A DNA stretch of 64,000 nt from a virus (IMGVR_UViG_3300015214_000024:169787-233786), one strand, 5' to 3'; positions 10,245 through 20,292 are shown, counted from the first letter of the stretch. Notes: a model not told the origin generated them from the letters alone. Program-made: numbers and translations.

Positions 10245-10445
10245 TGACACGGACTAAATAGTGTAGTAAGTTTAGAACATAAGTTGAAACAAATTTTAAG
10301 GAAAGCAGTTACCATTATGTCACATTCAGTTTATCATTATGAATATGAGCGTGAATATCTCCGTCCAGGGGAGAGTTGGTAACGAGTATTTAAAATACTT
10401 CGACTGAACCGATTCAACCCTGGGACTGAAATCCCAGGGTTTTTT
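10245..10445 (+). promoter_or_regulatory. Attenuator 1: promoter, leader 10317-10382 (MSHSVYHYEYEREYLRPGESW), antiterminator and terminator
   Basis: TTGACA promoter; H/Y/E-rich ORF; AACCCTGGGA/TCCCAGGGTT-TTTT terminator. Confidence 0.85.
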
Positions 10446-10454
10446 CGTTTTTGT

Positions 10455-10531
10455 GGTGGCATAACGCAAACAGGTGAGCGGACTGACTGTGAATCAGTTG
10501 TTAGAGGGTTCAAGTCCCTTGTGTCACACCA
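10455..10531 (+). tRNA. tRNA-His(GUG), A73 type
   Basis: Cloverleaf, loop CUGUGAA, CCA. Confidence 0.9.
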
Positions 10532-10550
10532 AACATTATTGGAGTGAAAA

Positions 10551-10739
10551 ATGGAAGTATTTGTAATCAAAACTGAAGAAGTTGAACGAACGCTTAAATT
10601 TTTTACCCAATTGGGTTTAAATTTTGTTCAAGAACAACACGGTAATGGACCAATCCATTACGCTTGTGAACAAAATGGAGCAGTTTTTGAAATTTACCCT
10701 AAGGGTAAAACTGAAGGTTTTAAATTTATAGATATGTAA
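10551..10739 (+). CDS. Small VOC/glyoxalase-like protein
   Basis: FFTQLGL.F..EQHG.GP.HYA...VFEIYP. Confidence 0.65.
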   Translation: MEVFVIKTEEVERTLKFFTQLGLNFVQEQHGNGPIHYACEQNGAVFEIYPKGKTEGFKFIDM

Positions 10740-10744
10740 TTTTT

Positions 10745-10831
10745 GGGTGGTAAAAGTCAGTGGTTCTGATAGGCAGTCTGTAAAACTGCGCCTTTTCGGA
10801 GGGAGTAGTTCGATTCTACTACCACCCACCA
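10745..10831 (+). tRNA. tRNA-Tyr(GUA)
   Basis: Loop CUGUAAA, long V-arm, CCA. Confidence 0.85.
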
Positions 10832-10840
10832 AGAAATTAT

Positions 10841-10916
10841 GGTGACTGAAGTGTTGACGGATACACGCTTGGTTGTGAACCAGGAGTAACGGGCTCGATA
10901 CCCGTTGGTCACCCCA
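10841..10916 (+). tRNA. tRNA-His(GUG), G-1:C73 type
   Basis: Loop UUGUGAA, CCCA end. Confidence 0.9.
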
Positions 10917-10922
10917 AATTAT

Positions 10923-10998
10923 GCAACGGTCTTCTAATGGTTAGGAACCCTGACTTTCAATCAGGCCAATGCGAGTTCAAGTCTCGTCCGTTGCACCA
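10923..10998 (+). tRNA. tRNA-Glu(UUC)
   Basis: Loop CUUUCAA, CCA. Confidence 0.9.
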
Positions 10999-11157
10999 AA
11001 GCTTGTGCTTTGTGACCCTTCATACGCCCGAGGGTCAGAAAAATATCAGGATGCTGATACGGTATTATATACTAAAGGCATTGGGACCGCGCAGTACGCA
11101 CTACGGCTGAGTCATAAGGACTGAATAGTAGATGCTCGGTAGCGGCGAGCAAAATAT

Positions 11158-11229
11158 GGCGCGGAACGCTAGAGGCGGGCGGCTTGCCTTTCAAGCAAGT
11201 GTAAGCGGGTTCGATACCCGTCCGCGCTA
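11158..11229 (+). tRNA. tRNA-Glu(UUC)
   Basis: CUUGC-CUUUCAA-GCAAG arm. Confidence 0.8.
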
Positions 11230-11234
11230 CTACT

Positions 11235-11307
11235 GGCCCGGTAGTTTAGAGGTTAGAACGCGAGGTTTTCACCCTCGAGAGCGGGGTTCGATGTCCCCGT
11301 CGGGTCA
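11235..11307 (+). tRNA. tRNA-Glu(UUC)
   Basis: CGAGG-UUUUCAC-CCUCG arm. Confidence 0.85.
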
Positions 11308-11322
11308 CAAAAAGGAGTTTAT

Positions 11323-11550
11323 ATGAGTAACACTTTTAAGATTGAACGTGCTAGAAAACTTTACAAAAGCGATAAACCGAGTAAAGATATGAAGTTGACA
11401 GGCACTGGGGAAACTTGTATGAATGGTGATCCATTGTTTGTTAATAATGGTGGCCAACGTTGGGGCAACCAACGTAAAATGAGGGCAAAGATGAAAGTTG
11501 ATGCTCGTAAGTCAGAGAGAATGAAGAACAAGAAGATTGATTTGGAATAA
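11323..11550 (+). CDS. Small basic hypothetical protein
   Basis: AAGGAG RBS, K/R-rich ORF. Confidence 0.65.
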   Translation: MSNTFKIERARKLYKSDKPSKDMKLTGTGETCMNGDPLFVNNGGQRWGNQRKMRAKMKVDARKSERMKNKKIDLE

Positions 11551-11558
11551 AAGAATAT

Positions 11559-11647
11559 GGGTGAGCTGCTCAGATGGCGGATGGGCACCGGACTGTAAAT
11601 CCGGCACATAAGAAACATAGTAGGTTCGAATCCTACCTCACCCACCA
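11559..11647 (+). tRNA. tRNA-Tyr(GUA)
   Basis: CCGGA-CUGUAAA-UCCGG, CCA. Confidence 0.9.
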
Positions 11648-11665
11648 AAATGATGGAGATAATGC

Positions 11666-12055
11666 TTGTTTAAAAATTCTAGAAAACAAGGTGATGCTGG
11701 CTTGGGTCAAGCAATAGCTTGGTTGACTATGAAAGGATATGCTATTAGTATTCCACTAACTGACAATCAAGATTATGATCTAGTTGCTGAAATTGACGGT
11801 GATTTAAAGAAAATTCAAGTCAAGACCGGAACTAGAATTAGTGATAATGGTATTGGGATGATCTATCTTAATGTTGATGGGGGAAATCGAAGCGGAACCG
11901 GTAAATTTAAAAATTTAGACGACCAACATTGGGATTATTTATTTGGTTATCATTTGGATACAAAAGAGATTATTTTTATACCTAAAAATGAAATATGCTC
12001 AAAAAGCCAAATCAATTTAGGTGAAAAATATAGAGACTGGATTTCAAAAATCTAG
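11666..12055 (+). CDS. PD-(D/E)XK homing-type endonuclease
   Basis: QGDAG..YDLV..KIQVKT motif of the group I intron-associated family. Confidence 0.8.
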   Translation: MFKNSRKQGDAGLGQAIAWLTMKGYAISIPLTDNQDYDLVAEIDGDLKKIQVKTGTRISDNGIGMIYLNVDGGNRSGTGKFKNLDDQHWDYLFGYHLDTKEIIFIPKNEICSKSQINLGEKYRDWISKI

Positions 12056-12276
12056 TCTTGAAACTAACTTGTAGAGGATCTGGTGAAAGGTATTTTATAC
12101 CGAAGGGACCAGCTATTCTACCGCGAGATGCGAGATCCGACCCCAAGTAAGTGGGAGTCAAACCGGGTAAGATGGCGTAATGGAAACATAAGCGTAGACT
12201 TACTTTGGGGAGATTGGAGGTTGTGCTACCGGCTAAGTTATGTTTGAAACAAGTTCTTACTAAGCTTGTTTCGTTT

Positions 12277-12361
12277 GGGTGATATGACACAGTGGAGGGT
12301 CACCAGTCTGTAAAACTGGCGCCGAAAGGCACGGTAGGTTCGAACCCTACATCACCCACCA
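12277..12361 (+). tRNA. tRNA-Tyr(GUA)
   Basis: CCAGU-CUGUAAA-ACUGG, CCA. Confidence 0.9.
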
Positions 12362-12378
12362 AATTTGAAAGGCTATGA

Positions 12379-12624
12379 ATGATTTTTACTATTGGTAAAA
12401 AAGAATGGTATGATCAATGGATAGTTGAACAAGGCCCGCTTTTTAAAAAACGTGGCAAAGATGATGAATACAGTGGTGGGTCTGCATTTTTATGCATTGG
12501 TAAAGCAATAAAAAATTGTCCGCCTGGATATGCAATTTACATACTTGACACTAATATTGATAATTTGTATGAAGTAAATGGTAATTTGCATATTATAGAA
12601 AGTTGTAGGATTTGTTTAATATGA
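12379..12624 (+). CDS. Hypothetical protein (paralog of 13990-14241)
   Basis: Shared TIG..WY..WI.EQG..FKK.G..Y.GGSA pattern. Confidence 0.7.
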   Translation: MIFTIGKKEWYDQWIVEQGPLFKKRGKDDEYSGGSAFLCIGKAIKNCPPGYAIYILDTNIDNLYEVNGNLHIIESCRICLI

Positions 12625-13022
12625 AAGCAAGTGTTTGTCAAATGTATGTCAATCCAGACGGTGTTATTCTCCGACGTTGTCCAGATATGGGCGAGCATCA
12701 GCAGATGGTTGACCAATGGATTAAAGATGCTAAGATAGAAGGTGAATATTTTGACGACGTTTTCTTCTTTAGTAATAAAGATGATTACAATACTTTAAAG
12801 TTTTTCAAATGATTTGTCCTTATACTTTTGAAGCTTTTAACTTTAAAATAATGGTTAATACTAGGCAAATAATGAAAGATACAGCCTTCTTTGAAGGACT
12901 TGATAGTCAGAATATTGATTTTCGGTTAGGGTGGAATAGTTGGCCACCAGATATGGCAGTTGGTCCTATTTGGTTTAAGACTGAAGAAGACTTAAACATT
13001 GCTAAATTATTATTATAATAAT

Positions 13023-13099
13023 GGCCCCAGCGTCTGACACGGATAGGACACTAGCCTCTCAAGCTGGAGAACCGGGTTCGAGCCCCGGTGGGGCTACCA
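13023..13099 (+). tRNA. tRNA-Glu(CUC)
   Basis: Loop CUCUCAA, CCA. Confidence 0.9.
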
Positions 13100-13309
13100 A
13101 AGGAACAAATTATGTTTGATACCTTTACTGCACCAAACGGTGAAGAATATGAATTTAGGTTAACTGAACAATTGAGGCCATTAGACCAACGCCAATGGCA
13201 AATAATGGACTTGTGCAAAAATACCAATATACCTTACGTCTATTGGAATGGATGGTTTTATTTTAAAACTATTGAAGATTACACTACTATAATTTTAATA
13301 TTTTAAATT

Positions 13310-13380
13310 GCTGCTATCGTATAAAGGTATAATACACCACGATTAATCAGGAGATGCAGTTTCAAAGGCTGCTGGCGGCA
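13310..13380 (+). ncRNA. Degenerate tRNA-like RNA
   Basis: Acceptor, D and T arms present; anticodon arm broken. Confidence 0.45.
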
Positions 13381-13382
13381 CC

Positions 13383-13476
13383 TATGAGTCAAAACTACTA
13401 AAGACGAATGGTAGAGTCAGCCCGCTCTTATACGGGATAATAGCTGGTTCGATTCCAGTTAGTAGTTTTGGCCATA
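13383..13476 (+). ncRNA. tRNA-like RNA with extended acceptor stem, no CCA
   Basis: D, anticodon and T arms closed by a ~17-bp stem. Confidence 0.6.
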
Positions 13477-13480
13477 CAAT

Positions 13481-13581
13481 GGGCCAATAGTGTATGACGA
13501 AACGCTAATTAATTAGTAAAGTAGGCGGTGAGCACGGGCTTCATACAGGGTCTAGGATGGGTTCGATCCCCATTTGGTCCA
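13481..13581 (+). ncRNA. tRNA-like RNA with D-loop insertion
   Basis: GGGCCAA/UUGGUCC acceptor, GUGU/GCAC D-stem with enlarged loop, T-arm. Confidence 0.55.
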
Positions 13582-13623
13582 CACGTTGACAAACTTAATC
13601 AAATTCGCTATGTTGCATCTATG

Positions 13624-13713
13624 AGCCAGGCGGCGGGAGTAGAACAGTGGTACTTCACCTCCATCCCAGGAGGAGATTGTAGGTTCGATTCCTACCTTGC
13701 CGCCCGTCCTGGC
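13624..13713 (+). ncRNA. tRNA-like RNA (Gly-like) with extended terminal stem
   Basis: CCUCC/GGAGG arm, GUAGGUUCGAUUCCUAC T-arm. Confidence 0.5.
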
Positions 13714-13989
13714 CATACACTGAAAGGATAGCTGTGGGTTTTGAAGAGACATTGAGGCGAGCAGAAATTGCTATGATGGGAGTTGATGCTTTTAAACGCC
13801 AATTTAATATCTCTGACTCTTTATCATTGGATAAGGAAGCCAGTAAACGTGTAATGATTTATTATGCTGCTCCAAAACCACACCGATATGGATTTTTCAC
13901 ATCCACAAATCCTTCAGCAAGGGAGGCTTATTTTACTGATATAGTCTCCAATTACTCAAAACAAACTAAAAATTTAATTTGGTGCTAAA

Positions 13990-14241
13990 ATGTTTTATAC
14001 AATTGGGCGAAGCGATTGGTACAACAAATGGATAATTGAACAAGGGTCCTCTTTTAAAAAGCTAGGCTGTTCAAGTGACTATGTTGGCGGATCAGCATAT
14101 TTCAGCTATGAGGATGCTGAAAGGGCCTGTCCATTAGGATATTCCGTTTATGGATTGATTACAACCATTGATAACATATATCAAATTGGTCATAATTATC
14201 ATATTAAAGAAAGTTGTAGGATAGTGTTGTGCAACCAATAA
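13990..14241 (+). CDS. Hypothetical protein (paralog of 12379-12624)
   Basis: Visible sequence similarity. Confidence 0.7.
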   Translation: MFYTIGRSDWYNKWIIEQGSSFKKLGCSSDYVGGSAYFSYEDAERACPLGYSVYGLITTIDNIYQIGHNYHIKESCRIVLCNQ

Positions 14242-14871
14242 TGAATGGCTTCTTCACTTCAAAAATGGGCGTCCCGGAATTTGCCCAGGACATACTTCGT
14301 CTTAGAAGAGAATATGAAGATGAAATCGATAGTTTGGTTAATTATAAGCAAAATGGTATTATAAGTACCCAAACATTGATGGAAAGAACAAGTTCAGCGG
14401 TTGAGAAATATGATCAGCTTTTCATCAATGCGTTCAATAGTCTAAGTATTGCAAACCGAATTGATCTAATATCTAAATGGGTAGAATTTAATAATTTTGC
14501 TGAACAGGGAATTTTTGAAGACAGTGAAATTTTATTAGCGGCAGCAAGGATTGTTCGATGAATGTGAAAGAATTTGAAGAACAATTTCATAAATTGCACG
14601 AAGTCTACAGTCATAAAAGTAATGAAATGGGCGTTCGCCTTAAAGCAAAATACGAAAAAGAGGTCAAAGAGCTCTCAGAGCAAATAGATAATGAATTATT
14701 TGACGAAATTGGCAAATTATTTAAGAGTATGGATTTTGAGGACAAGGTTTATTTCTTAGAAATTTATGTAGCCAGACACAAATTGGCCAAATATATAGAA
14801 CCACACGAATTGACAGCTTTGCGAATTATGGAATGGCCATATTTAAAATATTTAGAAACGAGGGAATAAAA

Positions 14872-15681
14872 ATGGTAGTACATTGGGTAATTGATCGAGC
14901 ATTAGGTAGAGCAGAGGGTGGTTATGAGCACCTTGTAAATTGCCTTGAACGTACTGGTACGCCATATACTCTTGTCCGCAAGCCACCGTTTGCTGATTAT
15001 CTAATCGGATTGGGTGACGATCATACGCCCATTACTATCGACGTTCCAAATCCAGTATTTGTTACTGGAACGACTTCAATGCGTCTTGTCTGTGAAAAAA
15101 TGGATTGGAATCCAGGATATATTGATGCGCCAGGTCAGGAAGAGCTTAAAGCTCATTGGGGTGATGAACTCTTAAACTATGATTCAATTGTAGGTACTTT
15201 TAGAGATATACAGCCACCTCCTGGAGCATTCTTCATCCGTCCTGTTGAAGATACAAAATCTTTCTCTGGTCAAATTATGGATGAAGCAACTCAATTTGAA
15301 TATTGGCGAAAGAGTTTGATTGATATTGAAAATTCAGTCACTACATTGAAGCCGGATGATTTAATTATGATGGCTCCGTTGAAACGTATCTATGCAGAGT
15401 ATAGACTTTATGTAGTTGATGGTGAAATTATCACAGGATCGAGATACAAACTTGGCAACAAAGTTTTTTATACCACCGATCTTGACCCTGGTATGATAGA
15501 ATACGCCAAGGAGCGAATTAAGGAATATTGTCCACGTAGAGCATTGTGTCTTGATATTGCTGAAATTGAAGGTGAAAAGGTAACCTATAAGGTTATTGAA
15601 ACTAACGCTATATCAAGTTCAGGATTTTATGCTTGTGATATGGCAAAGTTTGCAGATGCAATCAATGGCGCATTCAGTTAA
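14872..15681 (+). CDS. ATP-grasp domain protein (R2K/DUF4343-like)
   Basis: FFIRPVEDTKSFSG, EYRLYVVDG, IETN..SSGFY. Confidence 0.75.
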   Translation: MVVHWVIDRALGRAEGGYEHLVNCLERTGTPYTLVRKPPFADYLIGLGDDHTPITIDVPNPVFVTGTTSMRLVCEKMDWNPGYIDAPGQEELKAHWGDELLNYDSIVGTFRDIQPPPGAFFIRPVEDTKSFSGQIMDEATQFEYWRKSLIDIENSVTTLKPDDLIMMAPLKRIYAEYRLYVVDGEIITGSRYKLGNKVFYTTDLDPGMIEYAKERIKEYCPRRALCLDIAEIEGEKVTYKVIETNAISSSGFYACDMAKFADAINGAFS

Positions 15682-15745
15682 TGGTGCGCCATTGACTTCC
15701 CCTTTGTGTGATTGTATAAACACATAAATTTATAGGAGATTTTTA

Positions 15746-16117
15746 ATGACTGGTCTGATTTATGTCGCTTCACCTTATAGTGATCCTGACAAACAAGTAG
15801 TTCAACTTAGAATGAACAAATTTGCCGGAATTATGGCGAAGCTTATTGAGCACAAATTCCACCCAGTTAGCCCATTACTCAATCACTATTTGGCCGATGT
15901 AGTTACTGTCAATTTCCCACTAACTTGGGACTGGTGGCAGGATTATTCCCGTTTACTCCTTTCAAAGTGTGATCATATGATTGTGATTGGTCCTGATTGG
16001 GAAAAATCAACAGGGACAATGGCAGAAATTGAAATAGCCACTGAATTGAGCATTCCAATCAGCTATTTGACAACTTATAAAGATATTGAAAATTTCATCA
16101 ATCCTGTAGTAGACTGA
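15746..16117 (+). CDS. DUF1937/nucleoside deoxyribosyltransferase-like protein
   Basis: IYVASPYS...W..S.G..AEI..A. Confidence 0.7.
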   Translation: MTGLIYVASPYSDPDKQVVQLRMNKFAGIMAKLIEHKFHPVSPLLNHYLADVVTVNFPLTWDWWQDYSRLLLSKCDHMIVIGPDWEKSTGTMAEIEIATELSIPISYLTTYKDIENFINPVVD

Positions 16118-16140
16118 AAGAAAAGCTATGCAGGTAATTT

Positions 16141-16551
16141 ATGATAAAAATCGAAAAGCCGTGGGGAAATTATATCTCTTTATATGAGGGAGATTTACCT
16201 TATGATAAAATACAAATCAAAACATTGACAGTTTTGTCAGGCCAACGACTTTCACTACAATCGCATAAACATAGAAAAGAATATTGGTTAGTAGTTTCAG
16301 GAAATCCTACTATTGAGGTAGAGCAATCAGAAAGAGACTATTTTATTGGTGATTTAATTAAAATCCTTCCCAATCAAAGACATAGATTGTCTAATCAATA
16401 TACTGACCCAGTTGTAGTAGTCGAAGTTCAGACTGGTCCATATTTGGGCGAAGATGACATCATTCGCTATGAGGATGACTATAATCGTGATGATGTTGAG
16501 GAAATGCAAAATATAATAAGGCAAACAAAAGAGCAGTCTGGTGAAGAATAA
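16141..16551 (+). CDS. Mannose-6-phosphate isomerase type II cupin domain
   Basis: KPWG, RLSLQSH.HR.E.W, EVQTG.YLGEDDIIRYEDDY. Confidence 0.9.
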   Translation: MIKIEKPWGNYISLYEGDLPYDKIQIKTLTVLSGQRLSLQSHKHRKEYWLVVSGNPTIEVEQSERDYFIGDLIKILPNQRHRLSNQYTDPVVVVEVQTGPYLGEDDIIRYEDDYNRDDVEEMQNIIRQTKEQSGEE

Positions 16552-16763
16552 AAAACTTAGTACAGTTTACTTGCCTAAAGAACTGGACGACTGCCTTAAA
16601 GAGATGGCGCTTATGTTTTCATCAAGTGGTGAAACAATATCAGTCAACCAATTAATTGGTGCAATTTTATGTTTCCAATTTGGTGATTTGGAAGCTATTG
16701 ACAATGATCTTTTAAGAACATATTATACGCTCCTTAGTTGAGAGTTATTTGGAGGAAAATATA

Positions 16764-17385
16764 ATGCTACGTGGTACACGTTTGATTGAGGGCAAGGAAG
16801 CTCAAACATTTAATGAAGTAATTGATACCTTTCGGAGGTTAGTTCATCCAGTCTGATTTCGAAGAAATCATTGTTCCCAGTATTTGGGAACAAGAAACCT
16901 TTTTGGCCAAAACTGGCCCAGAACTATCTAAACAAATGTGGACCTTTAAGGATAAAGGTGATCGAGACGTTTGTTTGATTCCTGAAGTTACCGGTATTTT
17001 TCAAGAAACTTGGCGTGAAAAATGGTCCAAGTCAATGAAATTCCGTAAAGTGTTTTACGTACAACGCTGTTATAGGTATGAAAGGCCGCAAGCTGGCCGT
17101 TATCGTGAATTTACGCAATTGGGTATTGAAATCCTTGGTAACTATGATAATGGTGATCAAGAGGCTCAAGATTTGTTGAAAGCTGGTCTTGACGCAATTG
17201 GTGTAGAGTATGAATTTGATTCAACCGCGACACGTGGTCTCGGATACTACACTGAGCTTGGTTTTGAAGCTCGTTGCGAATCACTTGGTGCGCAAAAGCA
17301 AGTAGCAGGCGGCGGCCGTTATGCTGAAGGTGTTGGATGGGCTATTGGTGTTGACCGACTGGTTTTAGCTAAAATGAATAAATGA
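16764..17385 (+). CDS. hisS: Minimal histidyl-tRNA synthetase, split by a +1 frameshift at ~16845
   Basis: MLRGTR N-terminus in frame 0; +1 frame gives FEEIIVP, LIPEVT, RYERPQAGRYREFTQ, RGLGYYT, GGGRY, GWAIGVDRL. Confidence 0.85.
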
Positions 17386-17477
17386 TTATTTTAATTGTAA
17401 TTCTTTTACATATTATAATACCAGTGCCTTATTGGATAAGCACTGGTATTATTAGTTTTTTCCTATCAAAAATTTTA

Positions 17478-18062
17478 TTAGGCATCCTGTTTGACTTTTT
17501 CAATAGTAAAGGTAGAACCAGTTTTTCTACCGTGAATGGTGCCGATGTCTGATATTTTTACACTATATCCTATCGCATTTAAATCTGATTTAAATCTATT
17601 AATCAATTTGGTATAAAGATCAATTCTATTTTCATCCTTATCGGCAGTAAATTCAATTTTATTCGGATGTTCTCGATTGATAAAATCTTTAGCAATTTGA
17701 ATGACTGTACCAAATACCTGAATACTTGATTGACCCATCATTCCGCTGTTTGAAAATCTTGGTCCGTGGACAGCGCTAAATTCTAAATTATAGTCATCGT
17801 CGTCTCCACCATTCATTGGCAGAAAATCTACATTATAGTCCATATTTCCTACTTTAAATTTAGCAGAAGTGTCATAAGTCCATTTGTAATCTACAGCTTC
17901 GTGGAGATCAATCTTCCCACCTGGATTGATTGGCGGATTGCCATTCTTATCAACCTTATTTCCGAATTTTTTTGATTGTTTAGATATTTCGTCAACACCT
18001 ACATCAACGGTTGTATTGACACCTTTCACTATCTTTCCTACTCCAAATTCATATAATCTCAT
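17478..18062 (-). CDS. Hypothetical, probable virion-associated protein
   Basis: MRLYEF N-terminal motif; TAAATA late-type promoter upstream. Confidence 0.65.
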   Translation of the reverse strand: MRLYEFGVGKIVKGVNTTVDVGVDEISKQSKKFGNKVDKNGNPPINPGGKIDLHEAVDYKWTYDTSAKFKVGNMDYNVDFLPMNGGDDDDYNLEFSAVHGPRFSNSGMMGQSSIQVFGTVIQIAKDFINREHPNKIEFTADKDENRIDLYTKLINRFKSDLNAIGYSVKISDIGTIHGRKTGSTFTIEKVKQDA

Positions 18063-18689
18063 AATTTTAATCCAACGGTAAGGGCGAAAAATTTCGGGTT
18101 GATTTATATGTGATATTTATTGATAACTGATTGATGATGAAGAAATATTATTGAACTTTTCGTTAGATCAGAAGCCTATTTCCCCCTCGAATTTCTTCGA
18201 AAGGGAGAAAAACTTTTCGTTGAGTCGTCAGTTAGCAAATTCAATACCTGCTTTCGCAGTAAGGTGGGAAGCATTTACCTTTAATTTCAATTGGTTTCCG
18301 TGTAGTCAGAGTACACCTTCCGGGATAAAGCACAAAATCATTTGCCAAATTTGTGCTTCATTGTAAGTTGATAAGGTTAGATCAGAGCTTACATCTTGCG
18401 CGCCAGCGTAGCATTTAATACGCCTTATTTTTAACGTGTGCTACCCCCGTAAATCAAGAACAGACAGATCCCCACGTACCTTGCCAACCCAAGGGTGTTC
18501 TGTTGCCAGAACTTACTCATCCCGTCTATGTCCGAGCCAGAGTCTTGCAGAATGTTGGATGTAATTTTTCGAGGATGGGTATTAGTATGGTGTTAGTAAT
18601 ATGTTAGTAGTTCAACCAATATATTATTCATCAATGTTGATGGTCAATTTCTTTTTCAAACACCATAAATATCTTCAAGAGGACAAAAT

Positions 18690-19313
18690 ATGGTCAAACT
18701 TGAAATAAACCAACTACCAAATTATCCAACTCGTAAAATGATACCACTTATGCTTGATGAGGATGGAAAAGAAATCGATCCACCAAAAGCATATCCAATA
18801 CCTGATTTTGAAATAGTTGAAGAAGAGCGTATTACTATTTTGGATCAATCCTATCAACAACTAAATCACAAATTAGCATTGAAGTTAATTCATTTTCTTT
18901 ATGGTCCTGTGGAAATTACCTCAAGATTTACTAAAGGTATGCCAAGTCCTAGGTTGTTTTTTAAAGAATTTCAAAAGAACAATTGGATTGGATATAACCA
19001 ATATGGCAACCCGCTGACACTTTTTACCAGTGATATACAAGGACTCAATAGCACGATTTCAAATCAAATGATTCTGTCAAATTCGTATGTCGTTGATATG
19101 CAGCATCCTTATTGTGAGCAGATAATGCAAGTTAGTAAGGAATATGAAATTTTAAATTGGCCTTGGGCTACTTTGGAAATATCACTCGATTGCGTAAGAA
19201 AAGGTGATCTAATTTTAGGACAGATACAATTGTACGAAATTGATCTTTCTGTGAAATATTATATTGAAATTGACGATATTACACCGTTTACTGCGTACCA
19301 TTTGACACGATAA
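18690..19313 (+). CDS. Hypothetical protein
   Basis: 207-aa ORF with RBS. Confidence 0.7.
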   Translation: MVKLEINQLPNYPTRKMIPLMLDEDGKEIDPPKAYPIPDFEIVEEERITILDQSYQQLNHKLALKLIHFLYGPVEITSRFTKGMPSPRLFFKEFQKNNWIGYNQYGNPLTLFTSDIQGLNSTISNQMILSNSYVVDMQHPYCEQIMQVSKEYEILNWPWATLEISLDCVRKGDLILGQIQLYEIDLSVKYYIEIDDITPFTAYHLTR

Positions 19314-19353
19314 CTTCTATATGTTAGGCTAAAAGCCAATATGGGAGGTTTTT

Positions 19354-20280
19354 ATGTTATTGGAAATGGCGATTGGTGATGCATATGGTATTGGCTTTGA
19401 ATTCTGCAAAACCAATAGTGTAAACGATTTGTCGCGATTTTATCAGCACCCAAAATATTCAAACCTAATACCTGGCCAATATACAGATGATACCCAGCGT
19501 TCTTTAGCTAATGTTATGGTCATCACACGCAAAGATTATCTAAATCAATTTGACTATGCCCAGGCTTATATTGATGAATTTAAGGCCAGCCCTAGGGATG
19601 GTTATTCAAGAAGATTTCAAGCTTTAATTGAATCCTGTAACAATGGATTGGATCTATTAAGCAATGTCCGCCCTACTAAAGATTCCAATGGCTCGATTAT
19701 GGGAGTTGCTCCTGTTGGATATTTGGAGAAAATCAGTGACGTAAAACGTGCCGCAGCGATTCAAGCTATGGTTACTCACAGTTATTCCACAGTACCGTAT
19801 GCTCAAATGATTGCCCTCGCTGCCCATTATTTTCTTTATGATCTTGGATCTAAGGATGATCTTCTTGAATTCATCAACGATCAATTAGATGAACAATATT
19901 TTATAGTTGATGGCCGCCATCCTCTAAAAAATACCTTTTCTGATATTTTCAAAGAATCAGAATATGAGGATATTATCGAAGCTTGTGATATGACTGCACA
20001 AAAGACAGCTTATCATTCCTTATATGCAGTATTGTCATATGACAATTTGGCAGATATGTTGAAACATTGTATTGATGTTGGCGGCGATACTGATTCACTC
20101 GCGGCCTTGTCTATGGCCATAGGATCAAGTTCTAAAGAGATTGAAAACAACTTGCCCAAGCATTTATACGATACCTTGGAAAATGGAACCCGTGGTAGAG
20201 ATTATATTGACAGTCTTGACAATGTCTTGAATAACGTATATTTCCCTAATACGTGGAAAGCTCGCCAAACGAAAAAATAA
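19354..20280 (+). CDS. ADP-ribosylglycohydrolase (DraG/ARH family)
   Basis: AIGDAYG, YTDDTQ, SNGSIM, GGDTDS. Confidence 0.9.
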   Translation: MLLEMAIGDAYGIGFEFCKTNSVNDLSRFYQHPKYSNLIPGQYTDDTQRSLANVMVITRKDYLNQFDYAQAYIDEFKASPRDGYSRRFQALIESCNNGLDLLSNVRPTKDSNGSIMGVAPVGYLEKISDVKRAAAIQAMVTHSYSTVPYAQMIALAAHYFLYDLGSKDDLLEFINDQLDEQYFIVDGRHPLKNTFSDIFKESEYEDIIEACDMTAQKTAYHSLYAVLSYDNLADMLKHCIDVGGDTDSLAALSMAIGSSSKEIENNLPKHLYDTLENGTRGRDYIDSLDNVLNNVYFPNTWKARQTKK

Positions 20281-20292
20281 TTGGAGAATAAT

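Noticed and set aside
10317-10445. T-box riboswitch as an explanation of the three terminators
   Set aside because: No UGGNACC T-box bulge or stem I; translated leaders with RBSs explain the structure better.
11100-11135. Hammerhead ribozyme (also considered at ~24068)
   Set aside because: The CUGAnGA and GAAA core elements are incomplete or misplaced.
16903-17385. Stand-alone 160-aa ORF with TTG start
   Set aside because: It would lack HisRS motif 1; the real start with a GGAGG RBS is at 16764 in another frame.
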